Below, piece after piece: positions 42,224 through 55,144 of a DNA stretch of 64,000 bases. How positions within the stretch are numbered: position 1 is the stretch's first letter; each line of letters opens with the position of its first letter. This DNA comes from Macrostomum lignano (taxonomy: Eukaryota). Where the stretch lies: the NCBI GenBank assembly GCA_002269645.1, contig NIVC01000985.1:1-64000 (forward strand), in the 5' to 3' direction. A program made the translations under genes and the position numbers. Below the pieces are notes generated by a model, which was given only the letters and a program-made list of their open reading frames with translations, was not told where the DNA came from and ran no database searches.

Positions 42224-45200
42224 TTAGTGTTGCGGCTCAACTGGTTCTGGCTTGGCCGGCACCGGCTCCAGGGGCGGTTCCGGGTCGCAGAAGATGTTCA
42301 TGAATAGAAGCGGCACCTCGTTGCCGCCGGCGGCGTCGAATCTGGCCGTCAGAACGTTGTCTCCCTGTCTGGTGACTATGCTGCGCAGGTCCGTGACCTG
42401 TGGGTGTTGGGCGGCATTAGTTATGTCTTTGATAAAGTTCCGTTTCTTATCTCTGCACGAAGTTTCTTATCTCTGCACGAAGTTTCTTATCTTTACAGGA
42501 AGTTTCTTATCTCTACACGAAGTTTCTTATCTTGACAGGAAGTCCATTATCTCTGCAGGAAGCCCATAATCTCTACAGGAAGCCCATAATCTCTGCAGGA
42601 AGTCCATAATCTCTACAGGAAGTTTCTTATCTCTACAGGAAGCCCATTATCAAACACTGTAATACCATTTTATCCCTCGGGAACCCCAAGCATTCTGAGC
42701 CGCTACCAACAATTTCTCAAAGCTTCCGATATCGCTCACCTTCATGAGAATCTTGGCCCAATCGACGCCCCTCCTGCCGCGGCGCTCGGTGACGTAGCGC
42801 TTGAAGGCGCGCAGGATGGCGTCCTGCACAGCCTCGATGCGGTCGGGCTGGCGCAGGCCAATGCGGTCACTCTGCATGAGCAGCACGCCGCTAGCAGGGC
42901 GACCTCGCAGCGGTCCAAATCCAGGCGGCTCAGGCCAACGGCGAATTCGAATAGCGGCTCAACAAATTCGCCTAGTCGGCCGAGTCGGACGGTTGCCTTG
43001 GTTACTACATTACCGTTGGACAGGGCGAGCGACTCGGTGAACTTGTTGTAGCGACAGGCAACGCGCAGACAGAGAATCTCCATGCAGCTGCTTTTCAATA
43101 GCAGAAACTGGTCGTCTTCGTTGAGCTGAAGTTTTTTTTCGATTTTATAATCACGCATTTAAAATTTGGATAAATCCGCCTCATACTACTGGCAATATTT
43201 TTGAAATAGTAGCTTTTTTCTTACCTCGGCGAAGCCAGGAATTCCTCTGGCAAATTTGATAACGCAAGAGACTGCGCGCGACATCAGGTGCGTCAGGCTG
43301 TCCAATACGTTGCTGCTTGCGCCGGCGTTGCCAAGCTGTTCAGCGAATGGAGCTTCCGCTTGTGCAGCTTCGCTTGAGGCCGGCTTCTGTTGGATTAGAA
43401 GTATTAAAGACATTTCTGCCTGCTACACGCGAATAAAGACGCGCTTAGCTTACTCCTAGTCCGGGCGCTCATAGTGTACACCCCAGACTTACTTCCGGCA
43501 CCCTACAGCCACGCTAAAATCTACTAAGTCCGGCACTCCTCAGACAAGCTAAAATGTACTTCCGGCACTCTGCGGCCAGGCTTAAATCTACTTCCGGCAC
43601 TCTGCGGCCAGGCTTAAATCTACTTCCGGCACTCTGCATCCACGCTAAAATGTACTTTCAGCACCTAGGAGAGCGCTAGAACATATCGGCTTACACTAGC
43701 ACTGGACTGTTCCACCGGAAGCCAGGCCAGCTGATAGGCGGCCGACACCAGCTCGATGGTCGCTCGATCCTCCTCGGGCATCTCGTCTGGATCGAATAGA
43801 GCGGAGACGCCGACGCTGTCTGAGCCGCCGCCGCCACCGCCGCCGCCGGATACGTCCGGGTCGTCCTCGCGTAGGCGTTTGATTTCGACCGAGCGGCGGA
43901 TCCGGTTCTCCTCGATCAACTTCCGCTTGGCAACTCGCTGCTTCTCGTTGAGCACCACTGGATTGAGTAGGAAGGAGTTCGGCTTTGAGTTGGAAGCTTC
44001 GGTGCAGGATTCAAGTTTTTCTGAGTTCCTGACCCAGCAACTGAGGATCTGGGAGACTGGCCCAGCAACTGAGGATCTGGGAGAATGGCCCAGCAACTGA
44101 GGATCTGGGAGAATGGCCCAGCAGCTGAGGATCTGGGAGACTGGCCCAGCAACTGAGGATCTGGGAGAATGGCCCAGCAGCTGAGGATCTGGGAGACTGG
44201 CCCAGCAACTGAGGATCTGGGAGAATGGCCCAGCAACTGAGGATCTGGGAGAATGGCCCAGCAACTGAGGATCTGGGAGAATGGCCCAGCAACTGAGGCT
44301 CTGCTGGAAAGAATCTGCTTGAACCATTCCCAGTCAGCACTCACAGTCAGCAGCCATGCCCACAGCCAGGCACTTGGCGAAGCGGCACTGCTGGCACTGG
44401 TTGCGAGTGTTCTTGTCAATCTGGCAGCTGCCACTCCATTTGCAATGGTACTGCAGACTCTTCTGTATTGTCCGCCGGAAAAAGCCCTGCGTAGGAATAA
44501 AAAGAAAGGATAGCAAAAATCGATAAATTAAACAAATTAACAGCGCCATTTCTTCGCAAAATCAATGAGAATCAATTAATCAATGAAATTTGCGGAGACA
44601 AATAAACTCTAAGCGCACTTTGCGCAATCAATCCAATCTCCCGAAAAATTATTGCAAAAATCGATCAATTCTTTTCCTAGCGCCGACCTCACTGGAACGA
44701 TGGCTGAATGGACTGGATGATTGGCTTGGAAGTTTAGAGTTGAGTTTGAGACAGACAGAGCAGAGCAGACAGATGGAGAGACAAAAAACGAAGCTGAAGG
44801 TGATGGGTGAGGCATTGAATTATGCATCAGCGGCACCGGAGGGGACAGAGGGGCAGACAGTTGTCTGCGAGTGCCCGCCTGTTACATAACCATCAGAGTC
44901 TGGAGGGGAGGCAGCCATGCAGTCACTCAGAGAAGAAGTTTTAGCACCAAGTAAAGAATTGCAGGAATTCCTGCTCAGCCAGGCCAGCTCCCCATCTCTC
45001 TGAGTTGAGAAAGTTGATTGCGTAATCAGGCCTCAGTCGGCGTCTAGGGTGAAAAAAAACACCCAGTCCCGTCTCCCGGCGCACACTGTTATGCACACAC
45101 ACCGAGGCAGAGCACACAAAAAGCATTGTTATTCTTATTTCCTATACATGTTATAATAGCTATTGCGGCTCTCATCCATTCATTTAGCTTAGCACACAAG

Positions 45201-45932
45201 CTTAGCCCTCTTCAACTAAAATAAAAAATTCAACAGAAAAACTCAACAGAGCACGCAATTATGCGCGAGACAAAGCGTGAGTCAGCGTGTGATATACTGT
45301 AGTTCGAGCAGCCAACAACAAAGATCTAGAAAGGTACGAACATGTACGAGCTATTAATTTTAAAAAGATGCGAACCACTTGTGCTAAGCGGCAACAGTAT
45401 TGCTAAGGAAGTAAGTATTCATAGCTGTGGGTAAACGGCGGGAGTAACTATGAACGGCATACCTCGTCATCTAATTATCACAAAGTGAAATGCATGTACG
45501 AGCCACAACACTTTATTGTCATAGCTAAACTCACCTTGCAGCCTTCGCAGGTCATGCAGCGGTAGTGATAGCCGGTGGCAGCGTCTCCGCACACGATGCA
45601 CGGCTCTGGCCCGTTAGACAGGTCCATGTAGCTGGGAATGTAGGGCGCGCCTGCGGTGCGAATGGGGCGATTTGTGCAGGCTTGGTCAGCATCTCGCAGG
45701 AAATAGCTAGCAATTATCGTAAAATAATCAATGTTTACTTTCCACAATCAGATAGGAAATTCTAGCATTGCGTTGCCAACTAAAAGACAGAGTAGAGACT
45801 GATAGACACAGGCAGAGACAGGCAGACCGCAGACAGACAGACAGACATACAGACATACAGACAGACAGACAGACAGACATACAGACAGACAGACAGATAG
45901 ACAGACACGCAGGCAGACAGAGAGACAGACAC

Positions 45933-45997
<65 letters not shown>

Positions 45998-46022
45998 AAC
46001 AGGCAGACAGAGAGACAGACAC

Positions 46023-46059
<37 letters not shown>

Positions 46060-46092
46060 TACAGGCAGACAGAGAGACAGACAGACAGACAC

Positions 46093-46133
<41 letters not shown>

Positions 46134-49100
46134 AAGACAGAAACAGGCAGACAGAGAGACAGACAGAGAGACAGACAGACAGACAGACAGACAATATGCA
46201 AAAAAGGTTTCCCTGTTTCCCAGCGCCACCAGCAGCAGCAGCAATTGATAATCAATTCCTGAAGCTGTGGGAAGCTGACCAATCCCGCAGCACTAGGCCT
46301 CTCAGGTGTGTTTGCTTTTCTAGCTAACTAGTGAACAAAGATGTGGCTCTTTGTTTTTGTTAAATGACGCAATCGGCGATGCAGCGCAGATGCAGCAGGG
46401 GAGGCAGCTGCAGCCAGAGCCAGGCATGCAGTGCAATTAAAAAATATTCAGACACTGTCTCCCCCCTAGCGGTGTGCTGAAACAAACTGCTGTCACGAGT
46501 GAGAAGAAGACTTCTAAATTATAATGACTAAAATTATGGCATTGGAATTCTTTTAGCTAAGCAAATTGGTTTGATGGGGATGGGGAGTTGAGCGTTTCTT
46601 CCCTGAAACTTTGACACGGGACAGGCATAGGTAGTAAAAGCTGATTTTGACGGTCGATTGCGCAACAGGCTGTATAAGTTATGGGGATAAACAGAGATAT
46701 CCAGCTTGGAACAAAAAAGGATTTTTATCCCAACGACAAAAAAATTCTTTGTCTTCAATCTACCTCGGTAAGCTGCTCTATTTATACCAGCAGGTCGAGT
46801 GCAGTTTATAATCTATACAGACAGAAGGCCATTTAACCTAACCCCCACGGAAAGATAAAACTCCAGTTCTGAAAAAATCCAGAGAGAGAATTTATTTGAC
46901 CGACTTTGTGTATGGTCTCAGCGGACTGCTTTTATCTAGCCGACATGTGTGCACACGCCGCTCCGTTCCTGGTGGGCAAATAAAAAAGGCCGGACTCTGA
47001 TTGCGCAATCGTTTGAGGAGGGGAGGGAGGGCAGTAGCGAGTCTGCAAGGGGATTTCATATTCAAATATCATTATTACATTAGCCGGTTGAGTTATGCAA
47101 CGATGTAATATGCAAGGCATTATCGTCACATGCATGTAGTTTAGCTTTTCGTTATTATTTTTAAAGTTAATAAAATACTTCTTTGCATGCTTCCGCTCTG
47201 CTATTCAGCTGAGTAAACACAGGCTGCATTCCCCTTCTCATTGTTGAGTTGTAGACTCACAAAGCAGCTATAGCCTTTCTGGTCTAGAGTAAGCCAGGTT
47301 CTCATTCTCAACAGGCCAATATGGTACATTGCTAGGCCTTATCAAAGCGAGGTTAGACCTTAACGATGACGTAATCAAGTGTGCAATTGAGACCGATATA
47401 GATTAGAGGGAATCTCGAGTTGCAAATTGTCACCCACCCCCGCCCCCTACAACGGCACTCCAGATGCATGCAATGCATAGCACTGCTCTGTGTGATCTAA
47501 TACCCTGCTCTTAGCTGCCAAGTGGTCTGCATTCCTAATACGGTCAATTCTTACAAATTGCAAGCAAGCGGGGCGGTAGGCGTAGGTCAAAGGTCAAATT
47601 TCTACTCTCAAACATATTTTATTTTTTCTCTAACCTTACAATTCATAAACGCACAAAGCACACACACACACACACACCTTGGCCTATATGTGGGTGCATA
47701 GCAACCAAGCAGCTGGCTTGGGCGAGGGGATGAGGAAAATACCAAGTTTAACAACAACGCGAGGCAGAAAAAGCACGAAGTCTTTGTTGCCTACCTAAGC
47801 TTATAAATAACTGGCTCCGAGATGAGCTTTGCGGTTACACTTAGTGGTAAGAGAATTGCGGTTACCAGTTCATAAAAAACACGCACATAGCTTTTCATAC
47901 CGCCCAAAAAAATCAATAAGACGCCCACAAAGAGAATCCCAAAAGAAGTTTTTTGTTAGAATCGGCAGGGAATGAGAGCATAAAATTAGGGATTGAGGCG
48001 ATGAAGAGAGCGAGTTTAAAATAGAGAGGGAAAATTATTGGGGGGGGGGGTCTGACTGACTGACAGGCAGACGGGAGCCTCCCCGACTGTGACATAATTT
48101 TATAACTTAGTCTAAAAACACAGCAGGGGTCGGCTGTGAGGTTAGGAAGTAGGGGCAGGGCAGGCGGCATGTCGGATTCGGGAAAGCGAGCAATGGGAAG
48201 AACAGGAAGGAAGGTGTTTGAGCAGGATTTCCCTTCTCCCACAACAAAGACCAATTGGGCACACAAAGACAAGGTGCCAAGACTCTGCATGCATACCCTG
48301 TGGCATAGGTGCGAGGTGTGAGTCTAGTGGCTCGCCTATTAGTTCAGGGTTTCAGTCTGCTCGGATATTGGGATGCTAAAGACATGTCTTCTGAGGGGTT
48401 GAGGAATCGGTGTGGTGCTGAACAGACTGGCAGACTTAATACCCGATTTATCCTAGATAAGTTGGGGTCTGAGGCTCTGAGCTGTCGTGTTAGATCTTAA
48501 GCTTGCGGTCTGAAAACTGAAGGGGTGCCATTTCGGATGTGGCAACTGATTGAATGTGTTTATGGAATATAAGGAGTTGGGATCTGAAAAGTGCGATTTG
48601 GGATCTGAGGAATTGCGATTTGGGATCTGACGAGTGCGAGATAGGATCTGAGGAGTGCGAGATAGGATCTGAGGAGTGCGAGATAGGATCTGAGGAGTGC
48701 GAGATAGGATCTGAGGAGTGCGAGATAGGATCTGAGGAGTGCGAGATAGGATCTGACGAGTGCGAGATAGGATCTGAGGAGTGCGAGATAGGATCTGACG
48801 AGTGCGAGATAGGATCTGAGGAGTGCGAGATAGGATCTGAGGAGTGCGAGATAGGATCTGAGGAGTGCGAGATGGGATCTGACGAGTGCGAGATAGGATC
48901 TGAGGAGTGCGAGATAGGATCTGAGGAGTGCGAGATAGGATCTGAGGAGTGCGAGATGGGATCTGAGGAGTGCGAGATAGGATCTGAGGAGTGCGAGATG
49001 GGATCTGAGGAGTGCGAGATTGGATCTGAGGAGTGCGAGATGGGATCTGAGGAGTGCGAGATAGGATCTGAGGAGTGCGAGATGGGATCTGAGGAGTGCG

Positions 49101-51587
49101 AGATAGGATCTGAGGAGTGCGAGATGGGATCTGAGGAGTGCCATTTAGGATCTGAGGAATTGCGAGTTGGGATCTGAGGAGTGCGATTTGGGATCTGAGG
49201 AGTTGCGATTTGGGATCTGAGGGGAATGCGATTTGGGATCTGAGGAGTGCCATTTGGGATCTGAGGAGTGCGAGATGGGATCTGAGGAGTGCCATTTAGG
49301 ATCTGAGGAATTGCGAGTTGGGATCTGAGGAGTGCGATTTGGGATCTGAGGAGTTGCGAGATGGGATCTGAGGAGTGCGATTTGGGATCTGAGGAGTTGC
49401 GATTTGGGATCTGAGGGGAATGCGATTTGGGATCTGAGGAGTGCGAGATGGGATCTGAGGAGTGCCATTTAGGATCTGAGGAATTGCGAGTTGGGATCTG
49501 AGGAGTGCCATTTAGGATCTGAGGAATTGCGAGATGGGATCTGAGGAGTGCGATTTGGGATCTGAGGAGTTGCGATTTGGGATCTGAGGAGTTGCGATTT
49601 GGGATCTGAGGGGAATGCGATTTGGGATCTGAGGAGTTGCGATTTGGGATCTGAGGGGAATGCGATTTGGGATCTGAGGAGTGCGAGATGGGATCTGAGG
49701 AGTGCGAGATAGGATCTGAGGAGTGCGAGATGGGATCTGAGGAGTGCGAGATAGGATCTGAGGAGTGCGAGATGGGATCTGAGGAGTGCCATTTAGGATC
49801 TGAGGAATTGCGAGTTGGGATCTGAGGAGTGCGATTTGGGATCTGAGGAGTTGCGATTTGGGATCTGAGGGGAATGCGATTTGGGATCTGAGGAGTGCCA
49901 TTTGGGATCTGAGGAGTGCGAGATGGGATCTGAGGAGTGCCATTTAGGATCTGAGGAATTGCGAGTTGGGATCTGAGGAGTGCGATTTGGGATCTGAGGA
50001 GTTGCGAGATGGGATCTGAGGAGTGCGATTTGGGATCTGAGGAGTTGCGATTTGGGATCTGAGGGGAATGCGATTTGGGATCTGAGGAGTGCGAGATGGG
50101 ATCTGAGGAGTGCCATTTAGGATCTGAGGAATTGCGAGTTGGGATCTGAGGAGTGCCATTTAGGATCTGAGGAATTGCGAGATGGGATCTGAGGAGTGCG
50201 ATTTGGGATCTGAGGAGTTGCGATTTGGGATCTGAGGGGAATGCGATTTGGGATCTGAGGAGTTGCGATTTGGGATCTGAGGGGAATGCGATTTGGGATC
50301 TGAGGAGTTGCGATTTGGGATCTGAGGGGAATGCGATTTGGGATCTGAGGAGTGCTGTCGTGCAAGTTAGTGCGCCAGACTAAATGCGAAATTGCCCTCT
50401 CTGTGCTGCGGGCACTTGAGCCAGCCAATTTCAAATTGCACTGGACTGCCGTCTGCAAAAACACCCCTTGGCCGCAATCCGATATGAGGAATGCGATTTG
50501 GGATCTAATTAAATGCAATTTTGAATGCAATGTGCCATTTTGGGTGTGCGGGAGTGCCATTTCGGGTCTGAGATGTCATTTTGGGTGTGCGTGAGTGCCA
50601 TTTCGGGTCTGAGATGTCATTTTGGGTGTGCGTGAGTGCCATTTCGAGTCTGAGATGTCATTTTGGGTGTGCGGGAGTGCCATTTCGAGTCTGAGATGTC
50701 ATTTTGGGTAAGCGGGAGTGCCATTTCGAGTCTGAGATGTCATTTTGGGTGTGCGGGAGTGCCATTTCGAGTCTGAGATGTCATTTTGGGTAAGCGGGAG
50801 TGCCATTTCGGGTCTGAGGTGTCATTTTGGGTGTGCGGGAGTGCCATTTCGAGTCTGAGATGTCATTTTGGGTAAGCGGGAGTGCCATTTCGGGTCTGAG
50901 GTGTCATTTTGGGTGTGCGGGAGTGCCATTTCGAGTCTGAGATGTATTTTGGGTGTGCGGTAGTGCCCATTTCGGGTCTGACTCGTCTGAGATGTCATTT
51001 TGAGTGTGGGGGTGTCCTTTCGGGTGTGAGACGTCAATTTGGGTGTGCGGGAGTGCCATTTCGGGTCTGAGATGTCATTTTGGGTGTGAGTAGTTAGTAC
51101 TTGTTAGTGTGTGCAGAAATCCTGGATGTGGTTTCGCAATGCAGTTAAAATTCGACAACTCACTGCTTCCTCGAGCTTTGGCCTTCTTTGCCTTAGATGG
51201 CGACTCCTGAGGCTGCGCCGATGTCAGCAACAGGGACGACTTCTGCGGCGAATTCGAATAGGAGGACGAATTGGCCGCGGCGTAGGCGTCGAACTCTGGA
51301 CCGCAGGCTCCGCCTAGCAGATTCAGTCTGGCACTGCTTGGCACTCCGGCTAAAACTTGCGGTCCAGTAGTGAATTCCTCCGGATGGGGCTCTGGCACAG
51401 CGGCGGCTGCAGCGGCGGCTGTTGCCAGGGTCATCAGGTTTGATGATGAAGAGGACGTGGACAATGGGCCGAAGTGATGGTCCTCGAAGGCTGTTGTTGC
51501 TGGTGCTGGTGTGGTGGGGAATTCATCTGGAGGTCCCCGCTGCAGTTCGCAATTCTGCTGAGCATGCTGCAGGAATATCTTCTTCAT
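42224..51587 (-). CDS. THR: Thyroid hormone receptor orthologue (NR1A), ~555 aa, 7 exons; apparent 1-nt deletion at ~42887
   Basis: Exons 51587-51164, 45650-45535, 44486-44345, 43957-43695, 43386-43225, 43125-42740 and 42397-42224 have consistent phases if one base is restored in exon 6. TR-diagnostic motifs: [30 protein letters not shown]|[13 protein letters not shown]|[55 protein letters not shown]|[13 protein letters not shown]. Confidence 0.92.
42430..42650. repeat. 20-bp minisatellite, ~11 copies
   Basis: Unit ATCTCTACAGGAAGTTTCTT and variants; THR intron 6. Confidence 0.88.
43480..43665. repeat. ~32-bp degenerate minisatellite, ~5-6 copies
   Basis: Unit CTTCCGGCACTCTGCGGCCAGGCTTAAATCTA; THR intron 4. 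Confidence 0.8.
44030..44300. repeat. 28-bp minisatellite, ~9.5 copies
   Basis: Unit GAGGATCTGGGAGA(A/C)TGGCCCAGCA(A/G)CT; fills THR intron 3. Confidence 0.95.
45790..46193. repeat. (CAGA)n microsatellite
   Basis: CAGA runs with CACA/GAGA interruptions; source of the CLSV and RQTD ORFs. Confidence 0.96.
47584..47596 (+). promoter_or_regulatory. Perfect DR1 nuclear-receptor response element AGGTCA-A-AGGTCA in THR intron 1
   Basis: Exact consensus seen in unique intronic DNA; function not shown. Confidence 0.4.
48585..50355. repeat. 21/22-bp satellite with a 648-bp internal duplication
   Basis: Unit GGATCTGAGGAGTGCGAGAT(A/G). Identical ORF translations recur 648 bp apart (49145/49793 and 49296/49944). 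Confidence 0.96.
50520..51085. repeat. 41-bp minisatellite (dimer of 20+21-bp subunits), ~13 copies
   Basis: Unit GTCATTTTGGGTGTGCGGGA-GTGCCATTTCGAGTCTGAGAT; period 41 (50575 to 50616). Confidence 0.93.
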
Positions 51588-54084
51588 AAAAGCTTTAAAA
51601 ACGTATAAAAAGGGACACAGTGGTGTTACGCGCTCGGGGATCCAGATGTAGTGGAGTGGGCGGATGGAAGGTTCGCTGAAACGAATAGAAGGGTTTGTGT
51701 GGATATGATATATTGGGATTATTGAAATTAGTTTGGTAAAACAAAATACCATTAGCTACATTGATTCGTACGTGTATATTACGTTAACGTACCTTTAGTA
51801 ATGGTCGCACTGGCGCAGTGATGTCGAGCTATTAACTGTGCTTGCACAAATACTCAACTGAAGTTATATTTATGCGATTTCGAAATACTACGTTTAGAAA
51901 GAGCAATGGGTATTAGTTTGCTACAGTGTAATGTACACAGTAACTGTGTACAGTTTAATGAGAGCTGTTTTAACAAAAATTTCTGTAAATCTAACAATCT
52001 CGAATTTTTCTAAGCGTTCTTTTGATAGCTAGAACCACTTTAGCTGCACCTAAGGGGAGCCCTGGCCTCGGGTTTTAAATATGGTCCCGTGCAAAGAGAG
52101 GGCGAGCGAAGGAATTGGAGATGGAAGAGGGTTCTGGTTGAAAACCCACTATCTAATTGGACGTCTGGGAGTGAGAATGGGGTGGGTGGCTATGTACATC
52201 TGGGCCGGGCGCGGTCCGCCTGCCCCAAACCCCACCCCCGCGCAGGCCTGACCTGATCGGGGCCCAAAGCTGCACTGAGAGACCCCAGACAGCCCTTCAC
52301 ATCTCTCTCCACACGCCCGTCCCTACCCCCACCCCTTTGCCCTATCCTTTCCCAAAAACTTGGCCAGACCCGAGAGGGTGATTCAGCACCGGGCCATGTG
52401 AGCGATTACGTAACAATGTAGGTTAGTTCGTCTGCCTTCCACCCCCGCCACAAAGGCTTTTTGGCGTGGAGGGGGAGCAGGGGTTGAAGACACAGGCCCT
52501 GGGACCGCGTCTTCTTGTGTGTATTCGAGGGGCGCGCCCAAAAACCAAAGCCTTAGTATAAGACACGAGGAGCTGGGGTGGGGGACCGGTTGGGTTAAAC
52601 CTCTCAGCTGGGAACGGCAGCAAGTAATGGCTGGATAAAGAGAAGGGAAAAAGAGGCCAGTATAAGTCTTGTCATTGAGTTAGGTCTTAGCTGCCGACTG
52701 AGGGGGCAACGGGTTAGGCTGGCTGAAACCGCTGATAACGTCAGCTGGCATTGATTTCCTTCCTGGCCTCAATGCTATCATCATTCTCTCTCACTCTCAG
52801 ATTTCGCCCTGAGAGAAAAAAGAGAAACAATTGCCGCGTGTCATTTAAAAAACGAAAAAAGACTAGGCGCAGCAGAGGATGAAGACTATGTGACAATCCT
52901 GTCTGTAATTTAAGCCTTCCGTAACAGGCGCGGCTCGGGGCTCACATAATTTTTCAAAAAAAGAAATTAAAATCAGGCAGGTAGGTGTGCCCGTCCGTTT
53001 TTCTTTAAGTTCGGCTGCTGTGGGTAGACCGGTAGAGTGAGATCCATAGAGAGAAAACAAATTCGAGGGGAAAACAAATAAATACACATCTCTACATCTC
53101 TATACAATATCTAGCTCGTAATTAATATTGTATTTTCTTGAGAGAAAACTAAATGAACAAAGATTATCGTCTCAACCATAGGTACGAGCTATACCCCCTG
53201 TGAGAGCAGTGAGTACATTACGTGCTCTAGAGAACATTAATAACGAATCCGTTTTACAACTAAAAGATGATCGGTCCACAATGAGCCGAATTAATAGCTC
53301 TTAATCTCTGATTGAAACATGGGGAAATTGGAAATGAAGGCCTTTGCGTTTTAGCTAGATCGAACTGGTTAGAGAGCTAGCTAAGAAAGAAGAGTCGAGG
53401 CCTGTCTACATTGAGCAGTTGTGTTTGAGAGCGCATAGAGGAGAGAGAGGGGCTATAGAGAGACAGAGTGAAAGAAGACAGATTGAGGTCGGGGGCAGAA
53501 ACTTCACAGCTGTGAGACGGACAGGGAAAATGGGGGTTGGGGTGGTGGGAACGGGAAGCCCGACCGCCCCTCCCCCTCCCTAAGGTTATGCAATCAGCAC
53601 AGCGCTGCTGTGTGGAGGCCGCACCCACGCCCCCACAAACTAGAGCCACCATGCAATATATAGCATAGCATACACCGTATAGCAGGACCTTATACCCTCC
53701 AGCCCTGCTATATGCATGATTACGTCATCCACTGCTGCAAGGGCTTAGGCACGGGTGAGGTGGAATCTTGGGCTTAGGGTGGAGCAGCAGCAGCAGTTAG
53801 ACTCCAACTCTCTCTCAAGCCCTCTCTGTACACTACATGCGGCTTAGGCGTGCAGCCCGCATATTACCCTCCTCTCTCTGCGTTTTTGCCGCCGTTTTTT
53901 CGTTCATCACTCAGCTCAAACGAATCGGCTATACGCGTCAAACGTAAACTGACCTAAAACAGACAGATAGGCAACCCTAACCCCAGCCATGGCTCCTACA
54001 ACTAGAACAGGGATGAAAGCGCATGGATGGTCGAGATCTGGTTTAAACCTTCTTTTAAAGCTCACAATTCCCTTTTAAAGCTTC

Positions 54085-54295
54085 AACTCCCTCTCCTACA
54101 GCTTTCATCTTCCTCTCCTACAGCTCCCATCTCCCTCTCCTACAGCTCCCATCTCCCTCTTCTACAGCTCCCACCTCCCTCTCCTACAGCTCCCACCTCC
54201 CTCTCCTACAGCTCCCACCTCCCTCTCCTACAGCTCCCATCTCCCTTTCCTAACAGCTCCCACTCCCCACTCTTACAGCTCCCATCTCCACCTCT
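54085..54295. repeat. 22-bp C-rich minisatellite, ~9 copies
   Basis: Unit CTCCTACAGCTCCCA(C/T)CTCCCT. Confidence 0.9.
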
Positions 54296-55144
54296 ATGAC
54301 ATAAGCTGCTCCGAGACTATATTTACATAATTGCTCGTACTACGCAGGAAAAGCAAAGAAATCGCATTCTAAAAAGTTTCTAGCTCCCATTTCCTGTCAA
54401 AGCTCTCTAACCCGGTGTCCCAAGCAGGCATCCGTAAAGGAAGAGCTCACACCCATGCAGGATGTTTGCCCACATATGGTCCACGAATGGACCCGCAGAA
54501 TTTTCATTCTATACCTATTGTCCGAATGGTTCTGACAAATTCATTTATTATATTTTGCTCGCCCGCACGGCGATCTCCTGTCAAGATATTAATGCCCCGC
54601 AAGCTGAGAGCTCTCTCTACCTGGGTTATTGTTACGTCCTGCTCCACTTGATATATTGGCTCTTTTGCTAGCAGAAAGAGGATTAATGGGGGATTAGGCC
54701 AGCCTTTCCAAAAATATGCGTCCAGAGACCTGTGACATAACAGCTTCAATGAATTGCTATATCAAAGTTTTCAGCAGTCGATAGCCTGCAGTTCTAAAAA
54801 GCTAAATTCTTTTGAATGGCCCTTGTTGCGCCAGAAATGGGCTGATTGATCGGCCAGCATTAGCGTTTCCATTGTTCATTTTGGCTTCAAAAACTGCGCA
54901 AGAATGAATTGAATGGCTCAGTGAGGCGGCTGAGGGCTTATCGAATTCAATGAGACTCAGCTCAATAAATTGCTACTCAAGCTTCATTAAACAGCCAGCG
55001 TATCCTAATGGGTACCGTAGTTGATTGAAACTGAATTCCCTGCGGTAAATTAAGTTGTTCTGAGGTTCTGATGTCAGATATTCTAATCCTGAAGTGACGA
55101 CCTTCTGCTGAAGCTGGCCTCTCTCTCTTAAACAGAGTCTCTCT

